A DNA stretch of 64,000 nt from an uncultured Myxococcales bacterium (GTDB lineage: Bacteria > Myxococcota_A > Polyangia > Fen-1088), in NCBI GenBank assembly GCA_964540815.1, contig CAZIOH010000003.1, positions 1,685 through 65,684 on the forward strand, in the 5' to 3' direction. Positions 60,338 to 64,000 of this stretch are shown one piece after another. Position 1 is the first letter of the stretch, and every line of letters starts with the position of its first letter. The translations under genes were made by a program, and so were the position numbers. The notes beneath the pieces are model-generated. The model made no database searches and was not told where the DNA came from. It saw only the letters and a list, made by a program, of their open reading frames with translations.

Positions 60338-62740
60338 TCAGAACCCCGCTGCGGTGCTGCTGAGATAGATCTGATCAACTTCCAAGTTGTAGCAGTTTAT
60401 GAGAAGGGAGTTGACGGCTGGATCCGTCGTGAGGTCGGTGCCATAGGACAACCAGATCGACGTATTTGCACTGTCGCCTATCCGGCCCAAGGCCGCAGGC
60501 ATATCACTCCCGCTGGGTATCCATGGAACGGCACAGAAGTTGTCCGAGTAGGTCCACAAATAGCAATAGCCGGCCCCCCGCACCTTCGCGCCGAAGAAGT
60601 AGAACGTCGAAGGGTTGACCTTCTGACAGAACTGCCCTCCCCCAGCTGACAGCGACTTCGAGCCCGCGCAACCGTCCGCATCTGCGGTGCCCAGTTGTCC
60701 TTGGCTCCAACCCGCTAGGCCGGTGTCGAATCCCGGATCTGGCAGAAGATTCGTTGAACTCTTCTTCCGACAGCCGCAGGTGTGCTTCGTCGTGTCGCAG
60801 ACCTGGCCCGTGAGCGTGCAGTTGGCGTCGGCGATGCACTGAACGCAGGCGTTGACCAGACAGGCGGGCGTGGACCCACTGCAGCACATGGAGCTGCACG
60901 CGACCTGGCCTGCTTGGCAGGTCAGGCAGTCGTTGCCTGCGGCGTTGCAGCCGGCGGCGCACGTCGTTTGAGTCGTCGAGCAGGCGCCGGCCGAGTTGCA
61001 GACGGCCGCACTCGTCTTGACCTTGGTGCTGCTCGAGCAGGTGGCGCCGGCCCCGCAGGGGGTATTGGGGGCCATGTTGCCGGTCTCGTTGCAGATCATC
61101 GTACCGGTCGTGCAGGAGGTCGTGCCGGTCTTGCAGGGGTTCGAGGGGGTGCAGCCCATGTTGGGGGTGCAGGCGCCGCAGGTGCCGGTTCGGCAGAAGC
61201 GGTTGGTACCGCACATCATCCCGTCGGGGGCGCGGTTGCACGCGCCGGAGCCGTTGCAGGTGGTCTGGCAGTTCGCGGTCGTGCAGCCCGGATCGGTCGC
61301 CCCACTCGCCTTGGCCGAACAGGTGCCGGGGGTGCCGAGGTTGCAGGCCTGGCAGGTCCCGCAGCTCGCCGACGTGCAACAGACTCCATCCACGCAGTTG
61401 CCCGAGGCGCACTCGCCGCCGCCGCCGCAGCTCCGGCCAGGGGGCTTTCCGGCCTGACACTTGCCGGCGTTGCAGTAGGGTGTTCCGGCGAGACAGTCCG
61501 TGTCGGCCGAGCAGCTCGTCTTGCAACTGGTGCCCGAACAGACGAGGCCTCCGCATGACGTGGTGGCGGCCGTCGGACACGCGCCCTTGCCGTCGCAGTT
61601 GACGGCCGCGGTGGCGGTCCCGGCGGAGCACTTGGCGGCGCCGCACGAGGTCGCCGACGAGGCGAACGCGCACGACGTGCTGGTGCCATCGCACCGGCTC
61701 CCGCAGGTCCCGGCCGTGCACGCCGTGCGCCCACTCCTCGGTGTCTGGTTCGCGGGGAGCGTGGTGCACTTCCCGATCGCGCCCGCCAGATCGCACGCCT
61801 GGCACGAGCCCCCGCAGGCGAGGTCGCAACAGTAGCCATCGACGCAGTTACCCGACGTGCATTGCGCGGCGCCCGTGCACTTGCTGCCGTTCGCCACCTT
61901 GCCGCACGAGCCGGCCACGCAGGGTTGCCCCTGGCAATCGGTGTCCGTCACGCACGACGAGGCGCAGCCGGTTCCGTCGGCCTTGCACTTGAACGGCGCG
62001 CATGCCACGGCAGCGGCCGGCTTGCAGGCTCCGAGCCCGTCGCACGTCGATCCGGTCACGGCGCTCTGAGTGGTCGCGCTGCAAGAGCCCCCGCCGCAAA
62101 CCTCACCGCTCGCGTAGAGCTCGCACGCGCCCTTGCCATCGCACAGGCCGTTCTGCTTGCACGTGGTGGCGGCCATCTTGGGACAGGCCGCATGGCTCGC
62201 CGGGGCCGCGCTGTCGGCCGGGACGGGCGTGCAAGCCCCCACGAAGTCCTTCAGGTTGCACGCCGAGCAGCTGCCGGTGCACGCCGAGTCACAGCACACA
62301 CCATCGGCACAGTTGCCCGAAGCGCAGTCGGATCCCGCCGAGCACGTCTGACCGAGATCCCGCATCAAGAGGGGACCGTCCGTGGCCTGCCCGGGCGGCG
62401 TGGAACCCGCGTCTTGAGTCTGCGCCACTCCGTTGCCTCCCGAGCCATTCCCGCCGGTCCCTGTCCCGACTTGGGCACCGCCTGTTCCCGTTCCAGCAGA
62501 CCCAACCATTCCAGGCGAGCTCGCGCCTCCGCTCCCCGTCATGATCGAAATCGAGCCGCCGCTTCCTCCCGGGGCGCTGTTCTGGCCGCTCGCCGCATCG
62601 TTGTGTTGCGTTGCGACCACCTGGCCTCCGGCGTCGGAGCCACCGTCCACTCCGACGGGCTCGAGCTCCTTGCGGAGCGAACACCCCACTCCCACCAGAA
62701 CCACCAAACACACCATCGCGATCGCCCGACACTGAATCAT
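60338..62740 (-). CDS. Cys-rich repeat lipoprotein with C-terminal CBM-like domain
   Basis: LVGVGC lipobox; three C.SGNC.DG.CC...C...C..C.L repeats and several CDGxGAC units; NLLPDPGFDTGLAGW. Confidence 0.8.
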   Translation of the reverse strand: MIQCRAIAMVCLVVLVGVGCSLRKELEPVGVDGGSDAGGQVVATQHNDAASGQNSAPGGSGGSISIMTGSGGASSPGMVGSAGTGTGGAQVGTGTGGNGSGGNGVAQTQDAGSTPPGQATDGPLLMRDLGQTCSAGSDCASGNCADGVCCDSACTGSCSACNLKDFVGACTPVPADSAAPASHAACPKMAATTCKQNGLCDGKGACELYASGEVCGGGSCSATTQSAVTGSTCDGLGACKPAAAVACAPFKCKADGTGCASSCVTDTDCQGQPCVAGSCGKVANGSKCTGAAQCTSGNCVDGYCCDLACGGSCQACDLAGAIGKCTTLPANQTPRSGRTACTAGTCGSRCDGTSTSCAFASSATSCGAAKCSAGTATAAVNCDGKGACPTAATTSCGGLVCSGTSCKTSCSADTDCLAGTPYCNAGKCQAGKPPGRSCGGGGECASGNCVDGVCCTSASCGTCQACNLGTPGTCSAKASGATDPGCTTANCQTTCNGSGACNRAPDGMMCGTNRFCRTGTCGACTPNMGCTPSNPCKTGTTSCTTGTMICNETGNMAPNTPCGAGATCSSSTKVKTSAAVCNSAGACSTTQTTCAAGCNAAGNDCLTCQAGQVACSSMCCSGSTPACLVNACVQCIADANCTLTGQVCDTTKHTCGCRKKSSTNLLPDPGFDTGLAGWSQGQLGTADADGCAGSKSLSAGGGQFCQKVNPSTFYFFGAKVRGAGYCYLWTYSDNFCAVPWIPSGSDMPAALGRIGDSANTSIWLSYGTDLTTDPAVNSLLINCYNLEVDQIYLSSTAAGF

Positions 62741-62925
62741 GGTTGCACCTAAGCCCAAGACGTCCGACAAGCCAAGCTCCTGACCGACGCCGACAGTTGC
62801 ACGCCGGAGTGGATACGGTCCATGACAATCTGTCCCGCACGGTTCTTTCTGGTCGAGGGCGTCAGATGTGGCCGATTCCCGCCAGCACCGACGCCAATTC
62901 GCTTGGCGGTGGGAGACCCAGCGCC

Positions 62926-64000
<1,075 letters not shown>

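Noticed and set aside
60338-62740. Many CxxC-like motifs as possible heme or Fe-S sites
   Set aside because: No CXXCH pattern; the spacing fits disulfide-rich extracellular repeats.

Overview
High-GC bacterial window whose gene content (many Ser/Thr kinases, TPR/RCC1/Cys-rich lipoproteins, Glt/Nfs-type genes, FHA-sigma54 activator) points to Myxococcota, probably Polyangia-like (inference). All assignments come from reading motifs in the sequence and ORF track; no database search was run. Left third: housekeeping and regulatory genes (partial kinase, M16 peptidase, NUDIX, SahR-like regulator plus ahcY, GT39-like glycosyltransferase, bcp, a fused ECF-sigma/anti-sigma, an SPFH pair, a MutH-like nuclease, an FHA-AAA+ activator, GntR-trpBA, hemerythrin, kinase-TPR-RCC1 operon). 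Centre (25.6-47.2 kb), the most interesting part: a three-gene operon with two hydrazine-synthase-alpha-like heme lipoproteins and a HEAT protein, preceded by a candidate sigma54 promoter and paired palindromes. It converges on a 14-gene, mostly translationally coupled Nfs/Glt-like trans-envelope operon extended with a CX4CH lipoprotein, an SH3-barrel, DUF4266 and DUF3570. The same atypical CX4CH..H(x)GG domain occurs in both operons. Right third: IgGFc-like lipoprotein, a Phd-VapC toxin-antitoxin pair, a methyltransferase, a decayed nucleotidyltransferase TA-like pair, a lower-GC carbohydrate-utilisation-like locus (GH2, esterase, DcaP-like porin, two paralogous lipoproteins), a Cys-rich lipoprotein and partial argG. 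No rRNA, tRNA, CRISPR array or transposase was recognised.
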